Positions 8,851 through 18,416 of a stretch of DNA of 64,000 nt are shown piece by piece. The position numbers and the translations under genes are program-made. Under the pieces are notes generated by a model. It was given only the letters and a program-made list of their open reading frames with translations, had not been told where the DNA came from and searched no databases. The DNA is from a phage. Within the stretch, counting starts at the first letter, position 1; each line of letters opens with the position of its first letter. The stretch is from sequence record PZ452612.1; one strand, given 5' to 3'.

Positions 8851-9537
8851 TTAGAAGTCGTGAGTAGAATCGGCTTCCATTGCAATAACATAACTTACTT
8901 GAGAGCTTTCAAACTTGGCTGCAACTTTATCACCAGCTCCCCACAACATTACTTTATAGTTACCTGGCTGGATTTTCATATTAGCCATATTGATTACAAA
9001 GTTAAAGTTATTAGAACCATCATAATCGGTAAGAGTCAAAGAATACTTAGGACGAGTTAGTCCGGAATCTTCAACTTTATTGTAACCGTTGATAACAATT
9101 TTACCATCTTTATTTGTAATAGCAATTGTATCAATCTGGAGACCACGTGAAACTCGAAGCAATTGTTGAAGGTCTTCAGCTTTAATTTCAGTAATCACAG
9201 AAGCCACCGGGAATTGAATTGGCTTATTAGGAAAAACAATGGTGCTCTTGTCGGCAGCAGGCCAATAAACTGTGGAACGTGTATCTGCAATTTTAATATT
9301 GCCATCGGTGTGCATTGAAATTTCAGCATCATCAGACACTAGACTCAAAATGCTTAAGAAGCTATTCAAATCATAAAGTGCTACGTCAAAATCAATTTCA
9401 TCGGAGATATTTGCTTCTGCATAAGTGGTGCCATTAACTGCACGGGTCATAATAAATTTACCTTGACTCAGCAGAATGCCGGAGTTAATAGAGGCAAAGT
9501 TTTTCAGAATAGCGATAGTATCTTTAGACAGTTTCAT
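8851..9537 (-). CDS. 45: Sliding clamp gp45
   Basis: MKLSKDTIAILKNFASINSGILL...EADSTHDF matches T4 gp45 as recalled; start at internal Met. Confidence 0.9.
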   Translation of the reverse strand: MKLSKDTIAILKNFASINSGILLSQGKFIMTRAVNGTTYAEANISDEIDFDVALYDLNSFLSILSLVSDDAEISMHTDGNIKIADTRSTVYWPAADKSTIVFPNKPIQFPVASVITEIKAEDLQQLLRVSRGLQIDTIAITNKDGKIVINGYNKVEDSGLTRPKYSLTLTDYDGSNNFNFVINMANMKIQPGNYKVMLWGAGDKVAAKFESSQVSYVIAMEADSTHDF

Positions 9538-9579
9538 TTTATTTCCTTTCAAGACAATTCAAAGTTTATAACAAATTTA

Positions 9580-9996
9580 TTATGCAGCAACCATCTGCTT
9601 TTTAATAGCTTCAGGCAGTGATTCAATATATTCTGGAATTTTAGAAGCAACAATTTCGCCAGCTGCAATTAATTGTTCATCGGCATCAACACAGTAGAAA
9701 TCTTCCAGACGCTCAGAACCATCTTTATCAAGAACGATTTTTCCACCTGCTTCAATAGAATCTTTATAGTGCTTACGCATCAGATGAATCCACATATCAG
9801 ATACATCGTTATCAATAAAACCATAAATCATAAAACGAGTTTCTTGTGGCAAAGATTGAAGCTTTTTAGCACTTGCGTCATCACAATGCAGGACCCATGC
9901 TTTACGAACACGATTATGGTTATGCGGGTTAGCGTCAGTACGGATAGAAGTAACTTTCAGATCAGCAGCAGTGAAACCTTTAGCAGTAGTAAACAT
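9580..9996 (-). CDS. rpbA: RNA polymerase-binding protein RpbA (by synteny)
   Basis: 138 aa ORF between 45 and 46, the T4 rpbA slot. Confidence 0.55.
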   Translation of the reverse strand: MFTTAKGFTAADLKVTSIRTDANPHNHNRVRKAWVLHCDDASAKKLQSLPQETRFMIYGFIDNDVSDMWIHLMRKHYKDSIEAGGKIVLDKDGSERLEDFYCVDADEQLIAAGEIVASKIPEYIESLPEAIKKQMVAA

Positions 9997-10008
9997 ATTA
10001 TTTCTCTC

Positions 10009-10209
10009 TTATTCGTAGAAGTCAGTAACTGTCCATGCGGAATTGCGATTAGACATTATTTTATTATACTCATCTTTAAAAGCAGATTTGAGCATTTGTT
10101 CAGTAACAATATGTTCTTCACCTGAAAACGTATTGGTCAAAACATATTTTTTAATTTCAGGGACAACAAGAAGATGTTGTCCGGTTGAATACTCCATGTT
10201 GTTCTCCAT
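10009..10209 (-). CDS. Hypothetical small protein
   Basis: 66 aa ORF between 46 and rpbA. Confidence 0.4.
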   Translation of the reverse strand: MENNMEYSTGQHLLVVPEIKKYVLTNTFSGEEHIVTEQMLKSAFKDEYNKIMSNRNSAWTVTDFYE

Positions 10210-10251
10210 TTAATTTGATGTGGTCATTATAACCACATCGTGTTAAAGCGT

Positions 10252-11940
10252 TTATGAAACAGTCATTACAGTAAATCGTCCAACTTTGCTCATTTGAAGA
10301 TGTTGTCCATAACGTTGAGGGTCATGGTCTCTATGAGAAATAATGAACACGTTAGTATTTTGTAAACTTCCAAGAATGGTATCTATAGCCTTAACAGCCT
10401 CAGAATCTACAGCGCCGTCAAAAACTTCGTCAAGAATAAGAGTGTTGATTTTAACACCAGAGACCTTTTCAGCAATATCTCGCCATGTAAACAACAATGC
10501 GATATCGATACGTGCCTTTTCACCTTGACTAAATGAAGCATAACTAAAATCTTCACGACCACGTGATTTTATAGATTCATTGAATTCTTCATCAATAGAA
10601 AACACGTAATCGGCTTCCATGATTTTAAGATAATGGTTAATCTGCTTGTTGAACAGAGGCACATATTTTTTAATGATAGCACCTTTAATACCAGAATCTT
10701 TTAACATATCTGTGATAATACCACGATGGTATTTTTCAAGAACGATATCCGATTTTGTTTTAATGATTTTATCAAGTTCTTTTTGAAGCAAAGCTATCTC
10801 ATCGGCATGGTCGATAAATTCCGCCGAGGCTTGTTCTATTGCAGCTTTAACTTTCTTAGCTTTATCAATAGTGGCAATCATTGCTTGTTTCTTGGTACGA
10901 ATATCAGATGCAAGGTCCTGCTTAGTCTTAACATTAGCTCTATATTCGTCCACTAGGACACTCAGATTATCTCTGTGGCAGGTAAGTTGCTCGAATGAGT
11001 GATTACATTCATGAAGCTTATCGGTAATCTTAGAGACAATAGGGTCACCCTGGTGCAACTGTGATGCGCAAGTAGGACATGTACCGCCATCATGATACAT
11101 CTTAATAACTTTGTTATATGAGTCAATTTTAGATTTAATCAAGAATGCTTCTTGTCCTATCTTGTTGAATGCCTCAGTAGGGTCTTCGTCAAGAACGATA
11201 TTAAGTAGACGCTCGTTAGCTTCTTCGATTTCTGCTTTTAATGACCGAGCTTCTTTGGCTAGGTCGTCGTACATATTCTGTAGACGCGCTACATTATCAC
11301 CAGATAATTTCTTTTGACGTTCGATGTTCTCATTATAAATCTTAATTTGTTGGATAATACCATCTTTCTTGGCATCGAGAACTTGTCCCTGGGAATTAAG
11401 TTCTCGAACTTGAGACTTATTGATTTTATCCATTTCAGCGAGTGTGCCAACTTCTAATAAGTCTTCAACAAGCTTTCTGCGAGCAGGGGTGCTAAGAGCC
11501 ATGAAAGGGGTATACCCTGCCGTCCCAAGCACAACGATTTGTTTAAAAGACGCGTATGACATTCCGATGCTACGTTCAAATTCTTCTTGGAAGTCACGAC
11601 TGCTGGCAGATTCATCAAGACGAACACCGTCAACGGAGATTTCGAAAATATTGGGCTTTTGGCCACGTTTAATGAAGTATTTTTTACCATCGAATTCCAT
11701 CCAAAGCTCAACTAAGAGCTCTTTCTTGTTCGTGCTATTAATGATTTGTCCTTTCTTAACATCACGAAATGGTTTACCGAAAAGTCCGAAAGTGATGGCT
11801 TCTAACATCGTAGATTTACCACCGCCGTTTTTACCAGTGATTAATGTCTTTTGGACTTTATCTAATTGGATATCAATAGGATTCCCACCTACCGACATGA
11901 TGTTTTGATAACGAACACGATTTAATTTAAATGATTTCAT
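10252..11940 (-). CDS. 46: Recombination endonuclease subunit gp46 (SbcC/Rad50-like ATPase)
   Basis: 562 aa; Walker A GKNGGGKST, long coiled-coil middle, C-terminal LILDEVFD signature region. Confidence 0.9.
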   Translation of the reverse strand: MKSFKLNRVRYQNIMSVGGNPIDIQLDKVQKTLITGKNGGGKSTMLEAITFGLFGKPFRDVKKGQIINSTNKKELLVELWMEFDGKKYFIKRGQKPNIFEISVDGVRLDESASSRDFQEEFERSIGMSYASFKQIVVLGTAGYTPFMALSTPARRKLVEDLLEVGTLAEMDKINKSQVRELNSQGQVLDAKKDGIIQQIKIYNENIERQKKLSGDNVARLQNMYDDLAKEARSLKAEIEEANERLLNIVLDEDPTEAFNKIGQEAFLIKSKIDSYNKVIKMYHDGGTCPTCASQLHQGDPIVSKITDKLHECNHSFEQLTCHRDNLSVLVDEYRANVKTKQDLASDIRTKKQAMIATIDKAKKVKAAIEQASAEFIDHADEIALLQKELDKIIKTKSDIVLEKYHRGIITDMLKDSGIKGAIIKKYVPLFNKQINHYLKIMEADYVFSIDEEFNESIKSRGREDFSYASFSQGEKARIDIALLFTWRDIAEKVSGVKINTLILDEVFDGAVDSEAVKAIDTILGSLQNTNVFIISHRDHDPQRYGQHLQMSKVGRFTVMTVS

Positions 11941-12185
11941 ATGTATTCTCTTCGAATGAAGTCCTCTACATATTTTAACATGTCATCTCTATCAGCAAAA
12001 TACTCATCTAGTTCTGCATACATAACAACACCCGGTGCGTACTCACAGGTAACATACATTGTTCCAAAGAAACGAGGAGTTGTCTCCTCATAATTCTCAG
12101 TCCATTCAACGATACCAATATAACCGTCACCAATACTAAATTCGTGACGATGGATTTCATAGTCAGTCTTCGTCATTATACGCAT
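11937..12185 (-). CDS. Hypothetical protein (46.1-like position)
   Basis: 82 aa ORF between 47 and 46, start overlapping. Confidence 0.45.
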   Translation of the reverse strand: MRIMTKTDYEIHRHEFSIGDGYIGIVEWTENYEETTPRFFGTMYVTCEYAPGVVMYAELDEYFADRDDMLKYVEDFIRREYI

Positions 12186-12420
12186 CCTCGATACATGCTT
12201 CAGCCATTTTAAGAATAGAGCCAGGAGTATCGTTGTCCATTATATTAAAGCTAAATTCAATAGCCCAGTCGGTACAGACATGAACGGCTTTAACTTCATT
12301 GCCTTCAACGCGTAATGGCTCAATCCAATACTTGATAGTGTTCTCGAATCCATCATCATCTTTAACGTCTATTTCAACTTCAAGCCCAAGCCCGGCATTG
12401 TTAAATTCATCTAAAGTCAT
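12163..12420 (-). CDS. Hypothetical acidic protein (46.2-like position)
   Basis: 85 aa ORF, overlaps the gp47 stop. Confidence 0.45.
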   Translation of the reverse strand: MTLDEFNNAGLGLEVEIDVKDDDGFENTIKYWIEPLRVEGNEVKAVHVCTDWAIEFSFNIMDNDTPGSILKMAEACIEDAYNDED

Positions 12421-13436
12421 TGTGTTGCCTCAATATAAAGTTCGTTAGAATATTTGACCAGCGCTTCTCTGTCTTCGTCTGAGATATCTGGAATCGCGTC
12501 AATATATTCTTTAATGATATCTTGAAGTGATTTAATCTCGATTTCCTGGTCGTCATCAGATTCAACACTGTTATCAACTTTAGAAACCATACGAAGAGAG
12601 TGAACTACTTTTTCAAGTTCAGATTCAAACTTAGTCAACTCTGAATCAATTTCTGATACTATAACACGTACGGCTAGATTAGTATAATCAGAATAATTGA
12701 TTTTGCCTTTAAACGGATAAGTGATTCTTCGATGCCATGTTGTTTCATTAGGAATAAATTCCATACGTTCAACATCAGTGTCAAATACCCAGAATCCACG
12801 CGGGTCGTTCTCATCACCTGCAGTAAGGGTCCACGGTGTTCCAATATATTTGACGTTAGCAGCTTCAGAGATTGTGTGGAAGTGGCCTGACCAGACTTGT
12901 TTATAAGTCTTTAAGAAATCAGGTTCAAGCCCATGAGACTTCATCCCTTTATAGAAATAAAAGCCGTTCAGTTCCCAGTGCCCAACACAATACGCAGCAG
13001 AAGAAGTCTTGATGTGCTCTAAGATTTCACCTGTATTTTCTTCACACATCCATGGAACGATATCAATCAGACATCCGTCAAAATCTACAGTAGTCGGATG
13101 CTCATAAATAGTAAAGTTTTCAAATTGAGTTAACAATTCAGAAACAGTGTTAGGTGTTATTGTATTCTTAAACGCCATGTCATGGTTTCCTATCGTGACA
13201 TGAACGTGAATGCCTGCTTTAGAAATCATATCAACGATTTCACGATTGAATTCCATTGTACGATGTGTTATTGCTTTACGGACGTCAAACCAATCACCGT
13301 ACTGAATCCAAGTTTTAATCCCGTGTTTCTTAGAGTATTCAATTGCTTGTCGAATACCATCACGTTGAATATCTTGAACCCATGGGTCGTCTTGTTTGAC
13401 TCCGATATGGAAGTCGCCTAAGTGCAAAATTTTCAT
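12417..13436 (-). CDS. 47: Recombination endonuclease subunit gp47 (SbcD/Mre11-like phosphoesterase)
   Basis: MKILHLGDFHIG...GNHD...GHFH metallophosphatase motifs; 339 aa as in T4 gp47. Confidence 0.9.
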   Translation of the reverse strand: MKILHLGDFHIGVKQDDPWVQDIQRDGIRQAIEYSKKHGIKTWIQYGDWFDVRKAITHRTMEFNREIVDMISKAGIHVHVTIGNHDMAFKNTITPNTVSELLTQFENFTIYEHPTTVDFDGCLIDIVPWMCEENTGEILEHIKTSSAAYCVGHWELNGFYFYKGMKSHGLEPDFLKTYKQVWSGHFHTISEAANVKYIGTPWTLTAGDENDPRGFWVFDTDVERMEFIPNETTWHRRITYPFKGKINYSDYTNLAVRVIVSEIDSELTKFESELEKVVHSLRMVSKVDNSVESDDDQEIEIKSLQDIIKEYIDAIPDISDEDREALVKYSNELYIEATQ

Positions 13437-13478
13437 ATTATTTCCTCATTAGTTAATTCATTTTATCATCCGTTTATA

Positions 13479-13507
13479 AAGCAAAAAAGGAACTCCGAAG
13501 AGTTCCT
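13479..13507 (-). terminator. Rho-independent terminator (AGGAACUC-UUCG-GAGUUCCU followed by UUUUUUGC)
   Basis: Perfect 8-bp stem, UUCG loop and a 6-U tract read on the minus strand, directly after the stop of the small ORF 13506..13679. Confidence 0.6.
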
Positions 13508-13679
13508 ATCCACATAGTACACCGTACAGAGGCTCATTTGAACTTTTAAATCGAATTGGCTTGTACGTAATAGTTCCTTCGGCTTTAGCTTTATCATAAG
13601 ACTCTTTAAAACGTCTCATTCTTTCTGCTTTGCCTTTACGGATTTTATCGAAATTTTCAGAAGTCGGGATGTTCGTCAT
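13506..13679 (-). CDS. Small basic protein (57 aa)
   Basis: Manual translation MTNIPTSENFDKIRKGKAERMRRFKESYDKAKAEGTITYKPIRFKSSNEPLYGVLCG; GAGG Shine-Dalgarno upstream; terminator follows. Confidence 0.35.
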   Translation of the reverse strand: MTNIPTSENFDKIRKGKAERMRRFKESYDKAKAEGTITYKPIRFKSSNEPLYGVLCG

Positions 13680-13718
13680 GCATAAGCACCTCTCAGAAAA
13701 TGCCTAAATCAATTTCTC

Positions 13719-13940
13719 TCATCGTTTCCACCATTTCTTAACTTGAAATGAATCGGCCCACACGAGTTGTTTTGGGTCTGCCTTTACAATAGGCGGACAA
13801 ATTTCTGTAATAGAACCGTCGTGATATTCCTTTTCAGAAATTTTAACACAAAGAGGACCTCCCAATTTAAGGGTGAACCCTGCGTTCAGCTTCAGACGTT
13901 TAAACTTTGTTTGAACTAGCGCCATTAATGATGTCCTCAA
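13719..13940 (-). CDS. Hypothetical protein
   Basis: 73 aa track ORF in the 55-47 interval. Confidence 0.3.
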   Translation of the reverse strand: MRTSLMALVQTKFKRLKLNAGFTLKLGGPLCVKISEKEYHDGSITEICPPIVKADPKQLVWADSFQVKKWWKR

Positions 13941-14223
13941 TAGCCTGACGAGTAGTAACCCACTGGATTTTAATTAACTTGTCATTGTATGGTTGTCGTA
14001 GAATATCCCGAGATTTCTTAATAGCATATTCGTAAGCTTCGAAGTTGTTTTGAATTGCTGCTTCTTGAGCATGAGCATAAAGACGGTTTAGTTCAAAACG
14101 ATTCTTTTTAAGAATCTTTTCGGATTTTTTACGTGCTTCAGCTTCATTTTTCTTTTGGATTTCTTGTAGCATTTTAGCTACTGCATCTTCTGCTTCTTTA
14201 TTTTCAATAATCTCGGTAGTCAT
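13900..14223 (-). CDS. Hypothetical protein
   Basis: 107 aa ORF, charged, coiled-coil-like. Confidence 0.4.
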   Translation of the reverse strand: MTTEIIENKEAEDAVAKMLQEIQKKNEAEARKKSEKILKKNRFELNRLYAHAQEAAIQNNFEAYEYAIKKSRDILRQPYNDKLIKIQWVTTRQAIEDIINGASSNKV

Positions 14224-14224
14224 A

Positions 14225-14440
14225 TTATCTCATTAAATTAAAATAAAAACGTCCATCCTCTTCAATACAGAACTCATACTCAACTGGAGTCCCATTTATC
14301 GAAAATGACACGTCATGTGGGTTCAAAGGGTCGATGTCAAAATTAATTTTAAATTCACGACCCAACAGTTTTACCAAATAAGGGATTGCTTCGTCAAAAG
14401 GTTCTTCTAAGTAGTTAGAGATGTCAATTGTCATCCTCAT
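14225..14440 (-). CDS. Hypothetical protein
   Basis: Track ORF 14225..14518 trimmed to an internal Met so that it does not run deep into gene 55. Confidence 0.35.
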   Translation of the reverse strand: MRMTIDISNYLEEPFDEAIPYLVKLLGREFKINFDIDPLNPHDVSFSINGTPVEYEFCIEEDGRFYFNLMR

Positions 14441-14999
14441 ATAAAAAATCCAAACTAGGCGAATCGCTAACAACTTCCTTCTTTTCAGCCCCAGGAGCTT
14501 TATAAGCGGATTCTTCATAATGCGTCATTTTATCGTAGATGTCTTGAATAAACGTTTCATCTACTAACGCTACCATATCATCGTCATGACTGTCGTAGAC
14601 ATTATGAACGAAGTAACTATATTTCTTTGCAACTTCCTTACGTTCTTTTTTGATACGTTGGACAAAAGCATTAAAACAAGCTCGAGTTATGTATGCATGT
14701 GGGTTATTGTACTTAGTTTCGTCGAAATTATGAAGTCCCTTAATAGAGGCTTCAATCCCATCTGCAATCATCTCCTGCTTCCAAGACTGGGTATATCCTG
14801 AAAAGTTGAAACGTTTGGACAGGCCTTCGGCGATAAGCATAATTGCTAAACCGATGGTATCATTCTGACGAATAATTTTGTTTGGGTCTTTATTATTTAA
14901 GAGCTCCTTTTTCCACTCGATTATAGCGGCGAGAAGCTCTTTATTATTCACATAGTTATTTTTAGGTTTTTGTTCAGTCATAAGTACCTCTTGGCTCAA
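14424..14999 (-). CDS. 55: Late-transcription sigma factor gp55
   Basis: ...[62 protein letters not shown]... matches T4 gp55 as recalled. Confidence 0.95.
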   Translation of the reverse strand: MSQEVLMTEQKPKNNYVNNKELLAAIIEWKKELLNNKDPNKIIRQNDTIGLAIMLIAEGLSKRFNFSGYTQSWKQEMIADGIEASIKGLHNFDETKYNNPHAYITRACFNAFVQRIKKERKEVAKKYSYFVHNVYDSHDDDMVALVDETFIQDIYDKMTHYEESAYKAPGAEKKEVVSDSPSLDFLYEDDN

Positions 15000-15053
15000 T
15001 TCATAGGTCTATTATATCATAATATTTAGAGACCTATCTTAAAGCACGAGATA

Positions 15054-15323
15054 CTATCGGAGCAAACAATAAGCCTGAAACACTTTTTCCATTAAACGTT
15101 TGAACTCATGGATATCGATATAAAGCTCAGTAAGACCTGCATTATAAAGAAAATCTAAAAAGTTCTCATGTGTTTCGTTATAGTCGCCTTCGTTTAATTG
15201 AGATACATGAGTTTCCCAAAAACCAACACCTTTAACGAATGGAAAATACGTGACTTTCATGTATTCGTCAACATAAAATTCGCCCAGCTTTTCTTCAGTT
15301 ATACTGATTCGAGTTAATTTCAT
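15054..15323 (-). CDS. Hypothetical early protein
   Basis: 89 aa ORF in tightly packed, same-strand array. Confidence 0.4.
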   Translation of the reverse strand: MKLTRISITEEKLGEFYVDEYMKVTYFPFVKGVGFWETHVSQLNEGDYNETHENFLDFLYNAGLTELYIDIHEFKRLMEKVFQAYCLLR

Positions 15324-15547
15324 TCTAGTTCCTTTGCTGCTTCAAGAGCAGCATCCAGCGAATCAAATTGGTCAACGAAATCAATATTCAACGCATCGTC
15401 AACCGTAGCATATAACCACCATTGTTTGAATTCGTATTCAAGAATAAATCCAGGACCTTCAATCTGAGGAAGACCTAGGCTATTTGTACCAACTTCGTAA
15501 CCAGCTAGACGCAGGTCATTAATCAAAGTTTCTGTTAATACGCTCAT
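15320..15547 (-). CDS. Hypothetical early protein
   Basis: 75 aa ORF; 4-nt overlaps with both neighbours. Confidence 0.4.
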   Translation of the reverse strand: MSVLTETLINDLRLAGYEVGTNSLGLPQIEGPGFILEYEFKQWWLYATVDDALNIDFVDQFDSLDAALEAAKELE

Positions 15548-15915
15548 TTTGCCGCCTTAACAATTTTCAGGTCAACGAATTTTTTCTTACGTTGATTTTT
15601 CATACGACGGATAGTCTTTTCAGAGATTTCATGTTTCTGATAAGCTTTAGATTCAACACCAAATGCAGCAACGTCAAATTCAGAAAGAATATATTGTACT
15701 AGAATTTCACGAATAGAATTACGTCCAATTTTCTGGTCGTGTTTTTGCATGATTTCATAAAGACGGAATTCCCACGCATCAAGAACTTGAGGAGTAACAA
15801 TATTGCCAGATTCCAGAAGAGCAACAACTTTATCGAAAGCGAAAGAATTAACTACGTTTTTGATTTTAGTAGACATATTATTTTCCTCGGTTATTTTATT
15901 ATCCAACGAGGGCAT
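15544..15915 (-). CDS. Hypothetical early protein
   Basis: 123 aa ORF. Confidence 0.4.
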   Translation of the reverse strand: MPSLDNKITEENNMSTKIKNVVNSFAFDKVVALLESGNIVTPQVLDAWEFRLYEIMQKHDQKIGRNSIREILVQYILSEFDVAAFGVESKAYQKHEISEKTIRRMKNQRKKKFVDLKIVKAAK

Positions 15916-15942
15916 TATACTCTGCTCTCAAGAGTCTGTACA

Positions 15943-16182
15943 CTATTTTTTAAGCATGAAAAGCAAGTAATTTGTATCGCGTGGGCTGATATCGACACCC
16001 ATATCAAAGATACCTTTATATATTGGGTATTTGTTTTCGGTTGTATCGAAGCTGAAACTATTTCCATCACAACTAACAGTAATAGCATCTGTTAAAATGT
16101 CATACTCAATCCTAACAATTGAATCCCCAATTTTAACGTCGAGGTGTTTTTTGAATTTGATAAAATCTAATTCTTGGGCCAT
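15943..16182 (-). CDS. Hypothetical early protein
   Basis: 79 aa ORF; GAGG Shine-Dalgarno upstream. Confidence 0.4.
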   Translation of the reverse strand: MAQELDFIKFKKHLDVKIGDSIVRIEYDILTDAITVSCDGNSFSFDTTENKYPIYKGIFDMGVDISPRDTNYLLFMLKK

Positions 16183-16245
16183 GATATTTTCCTCATTTTA
16201 AGACGATAGGAAGTCATGTTATTATCTTCCTATCGTTGTATATTA

Positions 16246-16458
16246 TTAACCGAACTTTTTAGCGCCTTTCCAGCCTTCGTACATAACTGCGCAAGTCAAT
16301 AGCACGGCATGTTGGCATTCTTTGTATTTGTAAATCCAGAACCAGCGTAAAAAGTCTTCATCCTCAACACCGTTGAGTTTCATATTGGCAAAGAATTCGG
16401 CACGTTCTTCACGAAGTTGCCATGACACAATATTTTCAGGATTCATTTTGTGTTCCAC
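16246..16458 (-). CDS. Hypothetical early protein
   Basis: 70 aa ORF. Confidence 0.4.
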   Translation of the reverse strand: MEHKMNPENIVSWQLREERAEFFANMKLNGVEDEDFLRWFWIYKYKECQHAVLLTCAVMYEGWKGAKKFG

Positions 16459-16670
16459 GCCCCATTTTCATCGATGAACTTAATCCAGTCATTTACAGAC
16501 CATTTAGTTGTATCACCCTTTGGATTAACATTTAAAGTATATAATCCCTGCTTAAAAAGCATTCGTTTGATATTCATAATTTCCTCAACTGTAACGATAA
16601 CATTCGTTAGCTTTACGTTTGGCTTCAGTATGAGAAGTATTATAATCATACTCTTCTTTACTGTAAACAT
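16443..16670 (-). CDS. Hypothetical early protein (start uncertain)
   Basis: 75 aa track ORF overlapping 16585..16905; the true start may be an internal Met near 16577. Confidence 0.3.
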   Translation of the reverse strand: MFTVKKSMIIILLILKPNVKLTNVIVTVEEIMNIKRMLFKQGLYTLNVNPKGDTTKWSVNDWIKFIDENGAWNTK

Positions 16671-16905
16671 CTTTTTTCAACTTACGAACTTCTTTGCGGA
16701 GTTGTCGATTCATTTCGTTCTTGACTTCAGAATCAACGCCTTTCATACGCTTCCATTTATCAGAGCGGAATATGTTTTCAACCATGTCTTTGTGGCTAAC
16801 ACCGTCAGGAGCTTTACGTTTACCAAAATAGTCATAATCGCGAACTTTCAAATCTTTACGACGATACGTTTTACCCATAAGTACCTCAGAGGTTGATTGA
16901 TACAA
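16585..16905 (-). CDS. Hypothetical basic protein
   Basis: 106 aa, Lys/Arg-rich. Confidence 0.4.
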   Translation of the reverse strand: MYQSTSEVLMGKTYRRKDLKVRDYDYFGKRKAPDGVSHKDMVENIFRSDKWKRMKGVDSEVKNEMNRQLRKEVRKLKKDVYSKEEYDYNTSHTEAKRKANECYRYS

Positions 16906-17134
16906 CGCGTTTGATAAAATTCACTTCACTTACTGAAAGGTCTTTAAGACCGATTGATTCTAAACGCTGAGTAAGCGTCAACATCGGGATATAATCCCAA
17001 TGAGTTTTATTTGCTTGATAAGTACGAACGCCATTAGCAATTTCAACATGCAAATCGGAAATGGTAACGAATACCGGACGTTCGTCATTAACTTTAAGGG
17101 TTAGAACAACTTTCTTTGAATCTAAACTAATCAT
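16886..17134 (-). CDS. Hypothetical early protein
   Basis: 82 aa ORF. Confidence 0.4.
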   Translation of the reverse strand: MISLDSKKVVLTLKVNDERPVFVTISDLHVEIANGVRTYQANKTHWDYIPMLTLTQRLESIGLKDLSVSEVNFIKRVVSINL

Positions 17135-17352
17135 GACTTAATTTCCTTCGCAATTGAACAGAAGATACCACGGTCACAAAGCATTTCACCAATTTCTGGA
17201 TATTTGATTGAACGGTACCAAACATCCAGGCTTGAAACTCTGGTTATCTGTACTGCATTACCGTTGACAGAATAGTACTGGTCAACCTTAATTTCTTTAT
17301 CTTCAATTGTCATTTTATTTTCCTCTGTGGTAGATGGTGTTAATCTTAACAT
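17131..17352 (-). CDS. Hypothetical early protein
   Basis: 73 aa ORF. Confidence 0.4.
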   Translation of the reverse strand: MLRLTPSTTEENKMTIEDKEIKVDQYYSVNGNAVQITRVSSLDVWYRSIKYPEIGEMLCDRGIFCSIAKEIKS

Positions 17353-17480
17353 ATCTATCGAGGATGTAAACTGGTTTTATGAAAATATTTTTGATTTGAG
17401 AGGGGCACAAGGAGATAGTGAAGTGAAGATTCCAATGGATTATATTAGAAATGAGATAAAGAAGACCAGGCGGCACCTGG

Positions 17481-17804
17481 TCAATCTTCTATGATATCAG
17501 AGTCGTATCCTAATGAAATCAAGGACTTTTTAAACTCTGCAATATTCTTTTGTTTCTTATCATTTAAAAATATGACAGGATAACGAATATTAAGTGAAGT
17601 GAATCCTGCACGTTTAGCAAGAGATACGATTAAAGGTCGGTCATATTCAATCTTACCATTATTAGTGAGGACTTTATAAAATGTATAAGGAGCATTGAGC
17701 TCCTTTAAAAGTTTTGTAACAGTATAACATCCTGGACAACGTCCTACTTCTTCAGGGATGCCATAAATTTCAATCTTGTTCTTTAAGTTCGAGTTTTGTT
17801 CCAC
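17481..17804 (-). CDS. nrdH: Glutaredoxin-like protein NrdH (start uncertain, possibly GTG)
   Basis: KIEIYGIPEEVGRCPGCYTVTKLLKE carries a CPGC redox motif. The long hydrophobic N-terminal extension in the track ORF is probably not translated; a GTG at 17804 with an AGGA upstream is proposed. Confidence 0.55.
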   Translation of the reverse strand: MEQNSNLKNKIEIYGIPEEVGRCPGCYTVTKLLKELNAPYTFYKVLTNNGKIEYDRPLIVSLAKRAGFTSLNIRYPVIFLNDKKQKNIAEFKKSLISLGYDSDIIED

Positions 17805-18087
17805 GAGAAATAATTCCTTGGTAAGCCCAATAAGGAGGATTAACAGAATCCTCGCCAGAGTTTTCTTCAGGAAAATAAACCTGGATAACAAATCCAGATG
17901 CATCAAAGGTAAAATAAACCGTAGGCAGTTCACCTAACAATTCGGCACGAGCATTAATTTCTTCGAGATCTCGTTCACGTCCAGCCCAAAAACTAGGATT
18001 TAGATTACATTCGTAAAAATAATAGTCATTACCGAACATATCAAACCCCTTCCAACTCTCTACCACATACCGCTCAAAACTAATCAT
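17770..18087 (-). CDS. Hypothetical protein
   Basis: 105 aa ORF. Confidence 0.4.
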   Translation of the reverse strand: MISFERYVVESWKGFDMFGNDYYFYECNLNPSFWAGRERDLEEINARAELLGELPTVYFTFDASGFVIQVYFPEENSGEDSVNPPYWAYQGIISRGTKLELKEQD

Positions 18088-18089
18088 AA

Positions 18090-18305
18090 TTAAGCCTTTT
18101 TATCAAGAACAGAATTCAGTTTATTAGTAATTTTGTCCAAACGTTCATTGAATTCGCTGGAGGATAAACCCTTTTCCGGAGAAATTAAACTAATCACGAA
18201 AAATACACCAGTAAAAGGAATAAGAAAAATAGCTCCAACTGCCATAAACAAAAAGAACGTTACAGTTGTAAGAAAATCAGCTAAACCTTTACGAAATTTA
18301 TACAT
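18090..18305 (-). CDS. Small membrane protein
   Basis: 71 aa with a hydrophobic N-terminal segment (FLFMAVGAIFLIPFTGVFFVISLI). Confidence 0.45.
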   Translation of the reverse strand: MYKFRKGLADFLTTVTFFLFMAVGAIFLIPFTGVFFVISLISPEKGLSSSEFNERLDKITNKLNSVLDKKA

Positions 18306-18416
18306 ATTTACCCTTAATTAATTAACCAAGCATTGATAAGCAAACCATATTGCGAATAAAATTCTGGACCAAAATGAAAAATCATATCATTTATAGTATC
18401 CATAATGTAGTTCAAT

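Noticed and set aside
17805-17933. Long hydrophobic N-terminal extension of the nrdH track ORF (MNCLRFILPLMHLDLL...)
   Set aside because: It overlaps the upstream gene for about 160 nt in another frame, and the glutaredoxin fold begins at KIEIYG; a GTG start at 17804 with an AGGA upstream fits better.
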